Shown piece by piece: positions 1 through 21,000 of a stretch of 64,000 nt of DNA. The notes under the pieces were generated by a model that did not search any database, was not told the DNA's origin, and worked only from the letters and a program-made list of their open reading frames with translations. The DNA lies in assembly GCA_964016885.1 (NCBI GenBank), contig CAXHJY010000078.1:62001-126000 (forward strand). Direction: 5' to 3'. The position numbers and the translations under genes are program-made. How positions within the stretch are numbered: the stretch's first letter is position 1; each line of letters starts with the position of its first letter. This DNA is from Eledone cirrhosa (lineage: Eukaryota).

Positions 1-3000
1 CCAACACCAACACACACCAACACCAACATACTTCAACACACACCAACACCAACACACACCAACACCAACATACTTCAACACACACCAACACCAACACACA
101 CCAACACCAACAAACACCAACAAACAGCAACACCAACAAACACCAACACCAAGAAACACCAACACCAACACCAACAAACACCAACACCAACACACACCAA
201 GAAACACTAACACACACCAACACAAACACCAACACACACCAACACACACCAACACACACCAACACACACCAACAAACACCAACACCAACACACACCAACA
301 CCAACACACACCAACACCAACAAACGCCAACACCAACACACACCAACACCAACACACACCAACACCAACACACAACAACACCAACACACACCAACACACA
401 ACAACACCAACACACACCAACACCAACACACACCAACACCAACACACACCAACACCAACACACACCAACACCAACAAACACCAACACCAACACACACCAA
501 CACCAACACACACCAACACACACCAACACCAACACACACCAACACACACCAACACCAACACACACCAACACCAACACACACCAACACCCAACAAACACCA
601 ACAAACACCAACAAACACCAACACCCAACAAACACCAACACCAACAAACACCAACACCAAGAAACACCAAGAAACACCAACACCAACACCAACAAACACC
701 AACACCAACACACACCAAGAAACACTAACACACACCAACACAAACACCAACACACACCAACACCAACACACACCAACACACACCAACAAACACCAACACC
801 AACACACACCAACACCAACAAACACCAACACCAACACACACCAATACCAACACACACCAATACCAACACACACCAACAAACACCAACACCAACAAACACC
901 TACACCAACACACACCAACACGAACACACACCAACAAACACCAACACACACCAACACCAACACACACTAACACCAACACACCAACACCAACACACACCAA
1001 CACACAACAAACACCAACACACACCAACACCAACACACACCAACACCAACAAACACCAACACCAACAAACACCAACACCAACACACACCAACACCAACAC
1101 ACACCAACACCAACACACACCAACACCAACACACACCAACACCAACACACACCAACACCAACACACACCAACACCAACACACACCAACACCAACACACAC
1201 CAACACCAACACACACCAACACCAACACACACCAACACCAACACACACCAACACCAACACACACCAACACCAACACACACCAACACCAACACACACCAAC
1301 ACCAACACACACCAACACACACCAACACCAACAAATACCAACACCAACACACACCAACAACAACAAACACCAACACCAACACACACCAACAACAACAAAC
1401 ACCAACATCAACACACACCAACACCAACACACACCAACACACACCAACACACACCAACACCAACAAACACCAACACCAACAAACACCAACACCAACACAT
1501 ACCAACACCAACAAACACCAACACCAACAAACACCAACAAACACCAACACCAACAAACACCAACAAACACCAACAAACACCAACAAACACCAACAAACAC
1601 CAACACACACCAACACACACCAACACCAACACACACCAACACCAACACACACCAACACCAACACACACCAACACCAACACACACCAACACCAACACACAC
1701 CAACACACAACAACACCAACAAACACCAACACCAACAAACACCAACACACACCTACACCAACACACGCCAACACCAACACATGCCAACACCAACACATGC
1801 CAACACCAACATACACCAACACACTCCAACACCAACACACTCCAACACCAACACACACCAACACCAACAAACACCAACACCAACAAACACCAACACCAAC
1901 AAACACCAACACCAACAAACACCAACACCAACAAACACCGACACCAACAAACACCAACACACACCAACACCAACTCACACCAACACACACCAACACCAAC
2001 AAACACCAACACCAACACACACCAACACACACCAACACACACCAACACCAACACACACCAATACCAACACACACCAACAAACACCAACAAACACCTACAC
2101 CAACACCAAGACACACCAACACCAACACACACCAACACCAACACACACCAACACACACCAACACACACCAACACCAACACACACCAACACCAACACACAC
2201 GAACACCATCACACACGAACACCAACAAACACCAACACCAACAAACACCAACAAACACCAACACCAACCAACACCAACAAACACCAACACCAACAAACAC
2301 CAACACCAACCAACACCAACAAACACCAACAAACACCAACACCAACAAACACCAACACCAACAAACACCAACACCAACAAACACCAACACCAACAAACAC
2401 CAACACCAACACACACAAACACCAACACACACAAACACCAACACACACAAACACCAACACACACCAACACCAACACACACAAACACCAACACACACAAAC
2501 ACCAACACACACAAACACCAACACACACAAACACCAACACACACAAACACCAACACACACAAACACCAACACACACAAACACCAACACACACCAACACCA
2601 ACACACACCAACACACACAAACACCAACACACACCAACACCAACACACACCAACACCAACACACACCAACACCAACAAACACCAACACCAACAAACACCG
2701 ACACCAACAAACTCCAACACCAACTCACACCGACACCAACACCGACACCAACACCAACAAACACCAACACCAACACACACCAATACCAACACACACCAAC
2801 AAACACCAACAAACACCTACACCAACACACACCTACACCAACACACACCAACACCAAGACACACCAACACCAAGACACACCAACACCAACACACACCAAC
2901 ACCAACACACACCAACACCAACACACACCAACACCAACACACACCAACACCAACACACACCAACACCAACACACACCAACACCAACAAACACCAACACCA

Positions 3001-6000
3001 ACAAACACCAACACCAACAAACACCAACACCAACAAACACCAACACCAACAAACACCAACACCAACAAACACCAACACCAACAAACACCAACACACACCA
3101 ACACCAACTCACACCAACAAACACCAACACCAACAAACACCAACACCAACAAACACCAACACCAACAAACACCAATACCAACACACACCAACAAACACCA
3201 ACACCAACAAACACCAACACCAACAAACACCAACACACACCTACACCAACACACGCCAACACCAACACACGCCAACACCAACAAACACCAACACCACCAA
3301 CACCTACACACGCCAACACCAACAAACACCAACACACGCCAACACCAACAAACACCAACACACACCAACACACACCAACACCAACACACGCCAACACACA
3401 CCAACACACACCAACACCAACACACACCAACACCAACACACACCAACACACACCAACACCAACACACGCCAACACCAACAAACACCAACACCACCACCAC
3501 CTACACACGCCAACACCAACAAACACCAACACACGCCAACACCAACAAACACCAACACACACCAACACACACCAACACCAACACACGCCAACACACAACA
3601 ACACCAACACACAACAACACCAACACACACCAACACCAACACACACCAACACACGCCAACACACACCAACATCAACACACAACACCAACAAACACCAACA
3701 CCAACAAACACCAACACCAACAAACACCAACACCAACAAACACCAACACCAACAAACACCAACACACACCAACACACACCAACACCAACAAACACCAACA
3801 CACACCAACACACACCAACACCAACACACGCCAACACACACCAACACCAACACACGCCAACACACACCAACACCAACACACAACAACACCAACAAACACC
3901 AACACCAACAAACACCTACACCAACAAACACCTACACCAACAAACACCAACACACACCAACAAACACCAACACCAACACACAACAACACCAACACACAAC
4001 AACACCAACACACACCAACACACACCAAACATACACCAACACACACCAACACACACCAACACACACCAACACACACCAACACCAACAGACACCAACACCA
4101 ACAAACACCAACACCAACACACACCAACACCAACACACACCAACACCAACACACACCAACACACACCAACACCAACACACACCAACACCAACAAACACCA
4201 ACACCAACAAACACCAACACCAACACACACCAACAAACACCATCACCAACAAACACCATCACCAACAAACACCAACACACACCAACATACACCAACACAC
4301 ACCAACACACACCAACACACACCAACACCAACACACGCCAACACACACCAACACCAACACACACCAACACCAACACACGCCAACACACACCAACACCAAC
4401 ACACAACAACACCAACAAACACCAACACACAACAACACCAACAAACACCAACACCAACAAACACCAACACACACCAACAAACACCAACACACACCAACAC
4501 ACACCAACACCAACACACGCCAACACACACCAACACCAACACACAACAACACACACCAACACCAACACACACCAACACCAACACACGCCAACACACACCA
4601 ACACCAACACACAACAACACCAACAAACACCAACACCAACAAACACCAACACCAACAAACACCAACACCAACAAACACCAACAAACACCAACACCAACAA
4701 ACACCAACACACACCAACACCAACAAACACCAACACCAACACACACCAACACCAACAAACACCAACACACACCAACACACACCAACACCAACAAACACCA
4801 ACACCAACACACACCAACAAACACCATCACCAACAAACACCATCACCAACAAACACCAACACACACCAACACACACCAACACACACCAACACACACCAAC
4901 ACACACCAACACACACCAACACACACCAACACACACCAACACCAACAGACACCAACACCAACACACGCCAACACACACCAACACCAACACACAACAACAC
5001 CAACAAACACCAACACCAACAAACACCAACACCAACAAACACCAACACCAACAAACACCAACACCAACAAACACCAACACACACCAACACCAACAAACAC
5101 CAACAAACACCAACAAACACCAACAAACACCAACAAACACCAACACACACCAACACACACCAACACCAACACACACCAACACCAACACACGCCAACAGAC
5201 ACCAACAAACACCAACACCAACAAACACCAACAAACACCAATACCAACACACACCAACAAACACCAACACACACCAACACCAACACACGCCAACACCAAC
5301 AAACACCAACACACACCAACACCAACACACGCCAACACCAACACACACCAACACCACCAACACCTACACACGCCAACACCAACAAACACCAACACCAACA
5401 CACACCAACACCAACACACACCAACACCAACACACGCCAACACACACCAACACCAACACACGCCAACACCAACACCCGCCAACACCAACACACACCAACA
5501 CCAACAAACACCAACACACACCAACACCAACAAACACCAACACCAACAAACACCAACACACACCAACACCAAAACACGCCAACATCAACACACACCAACA
5601 CCAACAAACACCAACACACACCAACACTAAAACACACCAACACACACCAACACTAAAACACACCAACACCAACAAACACCAACACACACCAACACCAACA
5701 AACACCAACACACACCAACACCAACAAACACCAACACCAACACACAACAACACCAACAAACACCAACACACACCAACAAACACCAACACCAACAAACACC
5801 ATCACCAACAAACACCATCACCAACAAACACCAACACACACCAACACACACCAACACACACCAACACACACCAACACACACCAACACACACCAACACCAA
5901 CACACACCAACACCACCAACAGCTACACACGCCAACACACACCAACACCAACACACACCAACAAACACCAACAAACACCTACACCAACACACAACAACAC

Positions 6001-9000
6001 CAACAAACACCAACACCAACAAACACCAACACACACCTACACCAACACACACCTACACCAACACACACCTACACCAACACACACCAACACCAACACACAC
6101 CAACACCAACAAACACCAACACCAACAAACACCAACACCAACAAACACCAACAAACACCAACACCAACAAACACCAACACACACCAACACCAACTCACAC
6201 CAACACCAACACACACCAACACCAACAAACACCAACACCAACATACTTCAACACACACCAACACCAACACACACCAACACCAACAAACACCAACACCAAC
6301 AAACACCAACACACACCAACACCAACACACACCAACACCAACACACACCAACACCAACACACACCAACACACACCAACACCAACACACACCAACACACAC
6401 CAACACCAACACACACCAACACCAACAAACACCAACACCAACAAACACCAACACACACCAACACCAACACACACCAACACCAACACACACCAACACCAAC
6501 ACACACCAACACCAACACACACCAACACCAACACACACCAACACCAACACACACCAACACCAACACACACCAACACCAACATACATCAACACCAACACAC
6601 ACCAACACACACCAACACCAACACACACCAACACCAACACACACCAACACCAACACACACCAACAAACACCAACACCACCAACACCAACACACACCAACA
6701 CCAACACACACCAATACCAACACACACCAATACCAACACACACCAACAAACACCAACACCAACAAACACCTACACCAACAAACACCAACACGAACACACA
6801 CCAACAAACACCAACACACACCAACACACACCAACACCGACAAACACCAACACCAACCAACACCAACAAACACCAACACTAACAAACACCAACACCCACA
6901 CACACCAACACCAACACACACCAATACCAACACACACCAACAGCAACACACACCAGCACCAACACACACCAACAAACACCAACACACACCAACAGCAACA
7001 AACACCAACACACACCAACACCAACAAACACCAACACCAACAAACACCAACAAACACCAACACCAACACACACCAACACCAACACACACTTACACCAACA
7101 CACACTTACACCAACACACACCAACACCAACACACACCAACACCAACACACACCAACATCAACACACACCAACACCAACACACACCAACACACACCAACA
7201 CCAACACACATCAACACCAACAAACACCAACACCAACAAACACCAACACCAACAAACACCAACACCAACACCAACAAACACCAACACCAACACCAACAAA
7301 CACCAACACCAACAAACACCAACACCAACAAACACCAACAAACACCAACACCAACAAACACCAACAAACACCAATACACACCAACACCAACAAACACCAA
7401 CACCAACAAACACCAACAAACACCAACACCAACAAACACCAACAAACACCAACACCAACAAACACCAACACCAACACCAACAAACACCAACACCAACACA
7501 CACCAACAAACACCAACAAACACCTACACCAACACACACCATCACCAACACACACCAACACCACCACACACCAACACCAACACACACCAACACCAACAAA
7601 CACCAACACCAACAAACACCAACACCAACAAACACCAACACCAACTCACACCAACACACACCAACACCAACAAACACCAATACCAACACACACCAACAAA
7701 CACCAACACACACCAACACCAACACACGCCAACACCAACAAACACCAACACACACCAACACCAACACACGCCAACACCAACACACACCAACACCACCAAC
7801 ACCTACACACGCCAACACCAACAAACACCAACACCAACACACACCAACACCAACACACACCAACACCAACACACGCCAACACACACCAACACCAACACAC
7901 GCCAACACCAACACCCGCCAACACCAACACACACCAACACCAACAAACACCAACACACACCAACACCAACAAACACCAACACCAACAAACACCAACACAC
8001 ACCAACACCAAAACACGCCAACATCAACACACACCAACACCAACAAACACCAACACACACCAACACTAAAACACACCAACACACACCAACACTAAAACAC
8101 ACCAACAAACACCAACACACACCAACACCAACAAACACCAACACACACCAACACCAACAAACACCAACACCAACACACAACAACACCAACAAACACCAAC
8201 ACACACCAACAAACACCAACACCAACAAACACCATCACCAACAAACACCATCACCAACAAACACCAACACACACCAACATACACCAACACACACCAACAC
8301 ACACCAACACACACCAACACCAACACACACCAACACCACCAACAGCTACACACGCTAACACACACCAACACCAACACACACCAACACCACCAACAGCTAC
8401 ACACGCTAACACACACCAACACCAACACACACCAACAAACACCAACAAACACCTACACCAACACACAACAACACCAACAAACACCAACACCAACAAACAC
8501 CAACACACACCTACACCAACACACACCTACACCAACACACACCTACACCAACACACACCAACACCAACAAACACCAACACCAACAAACACCAACACCAAC
8601 AAACACCAACAAACACCAACACCAACAAACACCAACACCAACAAACACCAACACACACCAACACCAACTCACACCAACACCAACACACACCAACACCAAC
8701 AAACACCAACACCAACATACTTCAACACACACCAACACACACCAACAAACACCAACACCAACAAACACCAACACCAACACACACCAACACCAACACACAC
8801 CAACACCAACACACACCAACACACACCAACACCAACACACACCAACACACACCAACACACACCAACACCAACAAACACCAACACACACCAACACCAACAC
8901 ACACCAACACCAACACACACCAACACCAACACACACCAACACCAACACACACCAACACCAACACACACCAACACCAACACACACCAACACCAACATACAT

Positions 9001-12000
9001 CAACACCAACACACACAAACACACACCAACACCAACACACACCAACACCAACACACACCAACACCAAAATACACCAACAAACACCAACACCAACACACAC
9101 CAACACCAACACACACCAACACCAACACACACCAATACCAACACACACCAACAAACACCTACACCAACAAACACCAACACGAACACACACCAACAAACAC
9201 CAACACACACCAACACACACCAACACCGACAAACACCAACACCAACCAACACCAACAAACACCAACACCGACAAACACCAACACCAACCAACACCAACAA
9301 ACACCAACACTAACAAACACCAACACCCACACACACCAACACCAACACACACCAATACCAACACACACCAACAGCAACACACACCAGCACCAACACACAC
9401 CAACAAACACCAACACACACCAACAGCAACAAACACCAACACCAACAAACACCAACACCAACAAACACCAACAAACACCAACACCAACACACACCAACAC
9501 CAACACACACTTACACCAACACACACTTACACCAACACACACCAACACCAACACACACCAACACCAACACACACCAACACCAACACACACCAACACCAAC
9601 AAACACCAACACACACCAACACCAACAAACACCAACACCAACAAACACCAACACCAACAAACACCAACACCAACACCAACACACACCAACACCAACACAC
9701 ACTAACACCAACACACACTAACACCAACACACACTAACACCAACACACACTAACACCAACACACACTAACACCAACACACACCAACACCAACACACACCA
9801 ACACCAACACACACCAACACCAACACACACCAACACACACCAACACCAACACACACCAACACCAACAAACACCAACACCAACAAACACCAACACCAACAC
9901 ACACCAACACCAACACACACCAACACGAACAAACACCAACACGAACAAACACCAACACCAACAAACACCAACACCAACAAACACCAACAAACACCAATAC
10001 ACACCAACACCAACACACACCAACACCAACACACACCAACACCAACACACACCAACACCAACACACACCAACACCAACACACACCAACACCAACAAACAC
10101 CAACACCAACAAACACCAACACCAACAAACACCAACACACACCAACACCAACTCACACCAACAAACACCAACACACACCAACACCAACAAACACCAACAC
10201 CAACAAACACCAACACCAACAAACACCAACACACACCAACACCAACTCACACCAACACCAACAAACACCAACGAACACCAACAAACACCAACACCAACAC
10301 ACACCAACACCAACTCACACCAACACCAACACACACCAACACCAACACACACCAACACACACCAACACCAACACACACCAATACCAACACACACCAACAA
10401 ACACCAACAAACACCTACACCAACACACACCAATACCAAGACACACCAACACCAACACACACCAACACCAACACACACCAACACACACCAACACACACCA
10501 ACAAACACCAACACACACCAACACACGCCAACACCAACAAACACCAACACACACCAACACCAACACACGCCAACACCAACACACACCAACACCACCAACA
10601 CCAACACACACCAACACCACCAACACACACCAACACCAACAAACGCCAACACCAAAACACACCAACACCAACACACACCAACACCAACAAACACCAACAC
10701 CAAAACACACCAACACCAATACACACCAACACCAAAACACACCAACACCAACAAACACCAACACACACCAACACCAACACACACCCCAACACTAACACAC
10801 ACCAACACCAAAACACACCAACACCAACAAACACCAACACACACCAACACCAACACACACCAATGCCAACAAACACCAACACACACCAACTCCAACACAC
10901 ACCAACACCAACACCAACCAACACCAACACCAACCAACACCAACTCCAACACACACCAACACCAACACCAACACACACCAACACACACCAACACACACCA
11001 ACACACACCAACACCAACACACACCAACACCAACACACACGAACACCAACAAACACCAACACCAACAAACACCAACACCAACAAACACCAACACCAACAA
11101 ACACCAACACCAACAAACACCAACACCAACAAACACCAACACCAACAAACACCAACACCAATACACACCAACACCAATACACACCAACACCAACACCAAC
11201 ACACTCCAACACCAACACACACCAACACCAACAGACAGCAACACCAACACACACCAACACCAACAGACAGCAACACCAACACACACCAACACCAACACAC
11301 ACCAACACCAACACACACCAACACCAACACACGCCAACACCAACAAACACCAACACCACCAACACCTACACACGCCAACACCAACATACACCAACACACG
11401 CCAACACCAACAAACACCAACACACACCAACACACACCAACACCAACACACGCCAACACACACCAACACCAACACACGCCAACACACACCAACACCAACA
11501 CACACCAACACCAACACACACCAACACCAACACACGCCAACACCAACAAACACCAACACCACCAACACCTACACACGCCAACACCAACAAACACCCACAC
11601 ACGCCAACACCAACAAACACCAACACACACCAACACACACCAACACCAACACACGCCAACACACACCAACACCAACACACACCAACACCAACAAACACCA
11701 ACACCAACAAACACCAACACCAACAAACACCAACACCAACAAACACCAACACCAACAAACACCAACACACACCAACACCAACAAACACCAACACACACCA
11801 ACACACACCAACACACACCAACACCAACACACGCCAACACACACCAACACCAACACACACCAACACACAACACACACTAACACACGCTAACACACACCAA
11901 CACCAACACACAACAACACCAACAAACACCAACACCAACAAACACCAACACCAACAAACACCTACACCAACAAACACCTACACCAACAAACACCTACACC

Positions 12001-15000
12001 AACAAACACCAACACACACCAACACCAACAAACACCAACACCAACACACACCAACACACACCAACATACACCAACACACACCAACACACACCAACACACA
12101 CCAACAGACACCAACACCAACAAACACCAACACCAACACACACCAACACCAACAAACACCAACACACACCAACACCAACACACACCAACACCAACACACA
12201 CCAACACCACCACACACCAACACCAACAAACACCAACACCAACAAACACCAACACCAACACACACCAACAAACACCATCACCAACAAACACCATCACCAA
12301 CAAACACCATCACCAACACACACCAACATACACCAACACACACCAACACACACCAACACACACCAACACACACCAACACACACCAACAGACACCAACACC
12401 AACACACGCCAACACACACCAACACCAACACACACCAACACCAACACACGCCAACACACACCAACACCAACACACAACAACACCAACAAACACCAACACC
12501 AACAAACACCAACACCAACAAACACCAACACACACCAACACCAACAAACACCAACAAACACCAACACACACCAACACACACCAACACCAACACACGCCAA
12601 CACACACCAACACCAACACACACCAACACCAACACACACCAACACCAACACACACCAACACCAACACACGCCAACACACACCAACACCAACACACAACAA
12701 CACCAACAAACACCAACACCAACAAACACCAACACACACCAACACCAACAAACACCAACACCAACACACACCAACACACAACAACACCAACACACACCAA
12801 CACACACCAACACACAACAACACCAACACACACCAACACACACCAACACACACCAACAAACACAAACACCAACACACACCAACACCAACAAACACCAACA
12901 CACACCAACACCAACACACACCAACACACACCAACACCAACAAACACCAACAAACACCAACACCAACACACACCAACAAACACAATCACCAACAAACACC
13001 ATCACCAACAAACACCAACACACACCAACATACACCAACACACACCAACATACACCAACACACACCAACATACACCAACACACACCAACATACACCAACA
13101 CACACCAACACACACCAACACACACCAACACACACCAACACCAACAGACACCAACACCAACACACGCCAACACACACCAACACCAACACACACCAACACC
13201 AACACACACCAACACCAACACACGCCAACACACACCAACACCAACACACAACAACACCAACAAACACCAACAACAACAAACACCAACACCAACAAACACC
13301 AACACCAACAAACACCAACACCAACAAACACCAACACACACCAACACCAACAAACACCAACACACACCAACACACACCAACACCAACACACGCCAACACA
13401 CACCAACACCAACACACACCAACACCAACACACACCAACACCAACACACGCCAACACACACCAACACCAACACACAACAACACCAACAAACACCAGCACC
13501 AACAAACACCAACACCAACAAACACCAACACCAACAAACACCAACACCAACAAACACCAACACCAACAAACACCAACACCAACAAACACCAACACCAACA
13601 AACACCAACACACACCAACACCAACAAACACAAACACCAACACACAACAACACCAACACACACCAACACACACCAACATACACCAACACACACCAACACA
13701 CACCAACACACACCAACACCAACAGACACCAACACCAACAAACACCAACACCAACACACACCAACACCAACACACACCAACACACACCAACACACACCAA
13801 CACCAACACACACCAACACCAACACACACCAACACCAACACACACCAACACCAACAAACACCAACACCAACAAACACCAACACACACCAACAAACACCAT
13901 CACCAACAAACACCAACACACACCAACATACACCAACATACACCAACACACACCAACACACACCAACACACACCAACACACACCAACACACACCAAAACC
14001 AACAGACACCAACACCAACAAACACCAACACCAACACACACCAACACACACCAACACCAACACACACCAACACCAACACACACCAACACCAACACACACC
14101 AACACCAACACACACCAACACCAACACACACCAACACCAACAAACACCAACACCAACAAACACCAACACCAACAAACACCAACACCAACAAACACCAACA
14201 CACACCAACACACACCAACACCAACACACACCAACACCAACACACACCAACACCAACACACACCAACACCAACAAACACCAACACCAACAAACACCAACA
14301 CCAACAAACACCAACACCAACAAACACCAACACCAACACACACCAACACCAACACACACCAACACCAACACACACCAACACCAACATACATCAACACCAA
14401 CACACACCAACACCAACATATTTCAACACACACCAACACCAACACCAACAAACACCAACAAACACCAACAAACACCAACACCAACATACACCAACACCAA
14501 CTCTAACAAACACCAACACCAACACACACCAACACAAACACCAACACACACCAACACAAACACCAACACACACCAACACCAACACACACCAACACACACC
14601 AACACACACCAACACACACCAACACACACGAACACACACCAACACACACCAACACACACCAACACACACCAACACACACCAACAAACACCAACACCAACA
14701 AACACCAACACCAACAAACACCAACACCAACAAACACCAACACCAACAAACACCAACACCAACACACACCAACACCAACAAACACCAACACCAACACACA
14801 CCAATACCAACACACACCAACAAACACCTACACCAACCAACACCAACACACACCAACAAACACCAACACACACCAACACACACCAACACACACCAACAAA
14901 CACCAACACACACCAACAAACACCAACACACACCAACACACACCAACACACACCAACAAACACCAACACACACCAACACACACCAACACACACCAACACC

Positions 15001-18000
15001 AACACACACCAACACCAACAAACACCAACACTAACAAACACCAACACCAACAAACACCAACACCAACAAACACCAACACCAACAAACACCAACACACACC
15101 AACACCAACACCAACACACACAAACACCAACACACACCAACACCAACACACACCAACACCAACACACACCAACACCAACACACACCAACACCAACACACA
15201 CCAACACCAACACACACCAACACCAACACACACCAACACCAACACACACCAACACCAACACACACCAACACACACCAACACCAACAAACACCAACACCAA
15301 CAAACACCAACACCAACAAACACCAACACCAACAAACACCAACACCAACAAACACCAACACCAACACACACCAACACCAACACACACCAACACCAACATA
15401 CACCAACACACACCAACACCAACACACACCAACACCAACAAACTCCAACACCAACAAACACCAACACCAACAAACACCAACAAACACCAACACCTACAAA
15501 CACCAACACACACCAACACCAACAAACACCAACAAACACCAACACCTACAAACACCAACACACACCAACACCAACACACACCAACACCAACACACACCAA
15601 CACCAACACACACCAACACCAACAGACACCAACACCAACAAACACCAACACCAACACACACCAACACCAACAAACACCAACACACACCAACACCAACACA
15701 CACCAACACCAACACACACCAACACCAACACACACCAACACCAACACCAACAAACACCAACACCAACAAACACCAACACCAACAAACACCAACACACACC
15801 AACACACACCAACACCAACACACACCAACACCAACATACATCAACACACACCAACACCAACACACACCAACACCAACAAACACCAACACCAACAAACACC
15901 AACACCAACAAACACCAACACCAACAAACACCAACACCAACAAACACCAACACCAACAAACACCAACACCAACACACACCAACACCAACACACACCAACA
16001 CCAACACACACCAACACCAACACACACCAACACACACCAACAAACACCAACACACACCAACACCAACACACACCAACACCAACACACACCAATACCAACA
16101 AACACCAACACACACCAATACCAACAAACACCAACACACACCAACACCAACACACACCAACACCAACACACACCAACACCAACACACACCAACACACACC
16201 AACACCAACCAACACCAACACACACCAACAAACACCTACACCAACACCAACAAACACCAACACACACCAATACCAACAAACACCAACGCACACCAACACC
16301 AACACACACCAACACCAACACACACCAACACCAACACACACCAACACACACCAACACACACCAACACCAACCAACACCAACACACACCAACAAACACCTA
16401 CACCAACACACACCAACACCAACACACACCAACACCAACACACACCAACACACACCAACAAACACCAACACCAACACCAACACACACCAACACACGCCAA
16501 CAAACACCTACACCAACACACACCAACACCAACACACACCAACAAACACCTACACCAACACACACCTACACCAACACACACCAACACCAACACACACCAA
16601 CACCAACACACACCAACACCAACACACACCAACACCAACACACACCAACACCAACAAACACCAACACACACCAACACACACCAACACACACCAACACCAA
16701 CACACACCAACACCAACACACACCAACAAACACCAACAAACACCAACACACACCAACACACACCAACACCAACACACACCAACACCAACATACATCAACA
16801 CACACCAACACCAACACACACCAACACCAACAAACACCAACACCAACAAACACCAACACCAACAAACACCAACACCAACAAACACCAACACCAACAAACA
16901 CCAACACCAACAAACACCAACACCAACACACACCAACACCAACACACACCAACACACACCAACAAACACCAACACACACCAACACCAACACACACCAACA
17001 CCAATACCAAGCAACACCAACACACACCAACACACACCAACACCAACACACACCAATACCAACACACACTAACACACGCCAACAAACACCTACACCAACA
17101 CACACCATCACACACCAACACCAACACACACCAACACCAACCAACACCAACACACACCGACACACACCAACACCAACACACACCAACACCAACACACACC
17201 AACACCAACACACACCAACACCAACCAACACCAACACACACCAACAAACACCAACACCAACACACACCAACACCAACACACACCAATACCAACACACACC
17301 AACACACGCCAACAAACGCCTACACCAACACACACCAACACCAACACACACCAACACCAACACACACCAACACCAACACACACCAACACACACCAACACC
17401 AACACACACCAACACCAACACACACCAACACCAACACACACCAACACCAACACACACCAACACCAACACCAACCAACACCAACACCAACCAACACCAACA
17501 CACACCAACACCAACCAACACACACCAACACCAACACACACCAACACCAACACACACCAACACCAACCAACACCAACACACACCAACACCAACACACACC
17601 AACACCAACCAACACCAACACCAACCAACACCAACACACACCAACACACACCAATACCAACACACACCAACAAACACCAACAAACACCAACACCAACACA
17701 CACCAACACCAACACACACCAACACACACCAACACCAACACACACCAACACACACCAACACCAACACACACCAACACCAACCAACACCAACACACACCAA
17801 CACACACCAACACCAACACACACCAACACCAACACACACCAACACCAACCAACACCAACACACACCAACACACACCAACACCAACACACACCAACACACA
17901 CCAACACCAACACACACCAACACACACCAATACCAACACACACCAACAAACACCAACACCAACAAACACCTACACCAACAAACACCTACACCAACACACA

Positions 18001-21000
18001 CCAACACCAACACACACCAACACCAACACACACCAACACACACCAACACCAACACACACCAACACCAACACACACCAACACCAACACACACCAACACCAA
18101 CCAACACCAACACACACCAACACCAACACACACCAACACCAACACACACCAACACCAACACACGCCAACACACACCAACACCAACACCAACACACACCAA
18201 CACACACCAACACCAACACACACCAACACACACCAACGCCAACACACACCAACACCAACACACACCAACACCAACACACACCAACACACACCAACACCAA
18301 CACATGCCAACACCAACACACGCCAACACCAACACACACCAACACCAACACACACCAACACACACCAACACCAACACACGCCAACACCAACAAACACCAA
18401 CACCAACACACGCCAACACCAACACACACCAACACCAACACACGCCAACACCAACACACACCAACACCAACACACGCCAACACCAACAAACACCAACACC
18501 AACACACATCAACACACGCCAACACCAACACACACCAACACCAACACACGCCAACACCAACACACACCAACACACACCAACACCAACACACACCAACACC
18601 AACACACACCAACACACACCAACACCAACACACGCCAACACACACCAACACCAACACACACCAACACCAACACACACCAACACCAACACACACCAACACC
18701 AACAGACACCAACACACACCAACACCAACACCAACACACACCAACACCAACACACGCCAACACCAACACACACCAACACACACCAACACCAACACACACC
18801 AACACACACCAACACCAACACACACCAACACCAACACACACCAACACCAACATACACCAACACCAACACACACCAACACACACCAACACCAACACACACC
18901 AACACCAACATACACCAACACCAACACCAACAAACACCAACACCAACAAACACCAACACCAACACACACCAACACCAACACACACCAACACCAACATACA
19001 CCAACACCAAGACACACCAACACCAACAAACACCAACACCAACACACACCAACACCAACACACACCAACACCAACATACACCAACACCAACACCAAGACA
19101 CACCAACACCAACACACACCAACACCAACATACACCAACACCAACACCAACACACACCAACACCAACATACACCAACACCAACACCAACACACACCAACA
19201 CCAACACACACCAACACCAACACACACCAAAACCAACACCAACAAACACCAACACCAACAAACACCAACACCAACAAACACCAACACCAACACACACCAA
19301 CACACACCAACACCAACACACACCAACACCAACAAACACCAACACCAACAAACACCAACACCAACAAACACCAACACCAACAAACACCAACACCAACAAA
19401 CACCAACACCAACAAACACCAACACCAACAAACACCAACACCAACAAACACCAACACCAACAAACACCAACACACACCAACACCAACATACATCAACACA
19501 CACCAACACCAACACACACCAACACCAACAAACACCAACACCAACAAACACCAACACCAACAAACACCAACACCAACAAACACCAACACCAACAAACACC
19601 AACACCAACACACACCAACACCAACACACACCAACACCAACACACACCAACACCAACACACACCAACACCAACACACACCAACACACACCAACAAACACC
19701 AACACACACCAACACCAACACACACCAACACCAACACACACCAAAACCAACACACACCAACACACACCAACACACACCAACACCAACACACACCAATACC
19801 AACAAACACCAACACACACCAACACCAACACACACCAACACCAACACACACCAACACCAACACACACCAACACCAACCAAAACCAACCAACACCAACACA
19901 CACCAACAAACACCTACACCAACACACACCAACACCAACACACACCAACACCAACACACACCAACACACACCAACAAACACCAACACCAACACCAACACA
20001 CGCCAACAAACACCTACACCAACACACACCAACACCAACACACACCAACAAACACCTACACCAACACACACCTACACCAACACACACCAACACCAACACA
20101 CACCAACACCAACACACACCAACACCAACACACACCAACACCAACAAACACCAACACACACCAACACACACCAACACCAACACACACACCAACACCAACA
20201 AACACCAACACACACCAACACACACCAACACCAACACACACCAACACCAACACACACCAACACCAACACACACCAACACCAACACACACCAACACCAACA
20301 CACACCAACACCAACACACACCAACACCAACACACACCAACACCAACACACACCAACAAACACCAACACCAACAAACACCAACACACACCAACACACACC
20401 AACACCAACACACACCAACACCAACATACATCAACACACACCAACACCAACACACACCAACACCAACACACACCAACACCAACAAACACCAACACCAACA
20501 AACACCAACACCAACAAACACCAACACCAACAAACACCAACACCAACAAACACCAACACACACCAACACACACCAACACCAACACACACCAACACCAACA
20601 TACATCAACACACACCAACACCAACACACACCAACAAACACCAACACCAACAAACACCAACACCAACACCAACACCAACACACACCAACACCAACACACA
20701 CCAACACACACCAACACCAACACACACCAACACACACCAACACCAACACACACCAACACACACCAACACACACCAACACCAACACACACCAATACTAACA
20801 AACACCAACACACACCAACACACACCAACACCAACACACACCAACACCAACACACACCAACACCAACACACACCAACACCAACCAACACCAACACACACC
20901 AACAAACACCTACACCAACACACACCAACACCAATACACACCAACACCAACACACACCAACACACACCAACAAACACCAACACCAACACCAACACACACC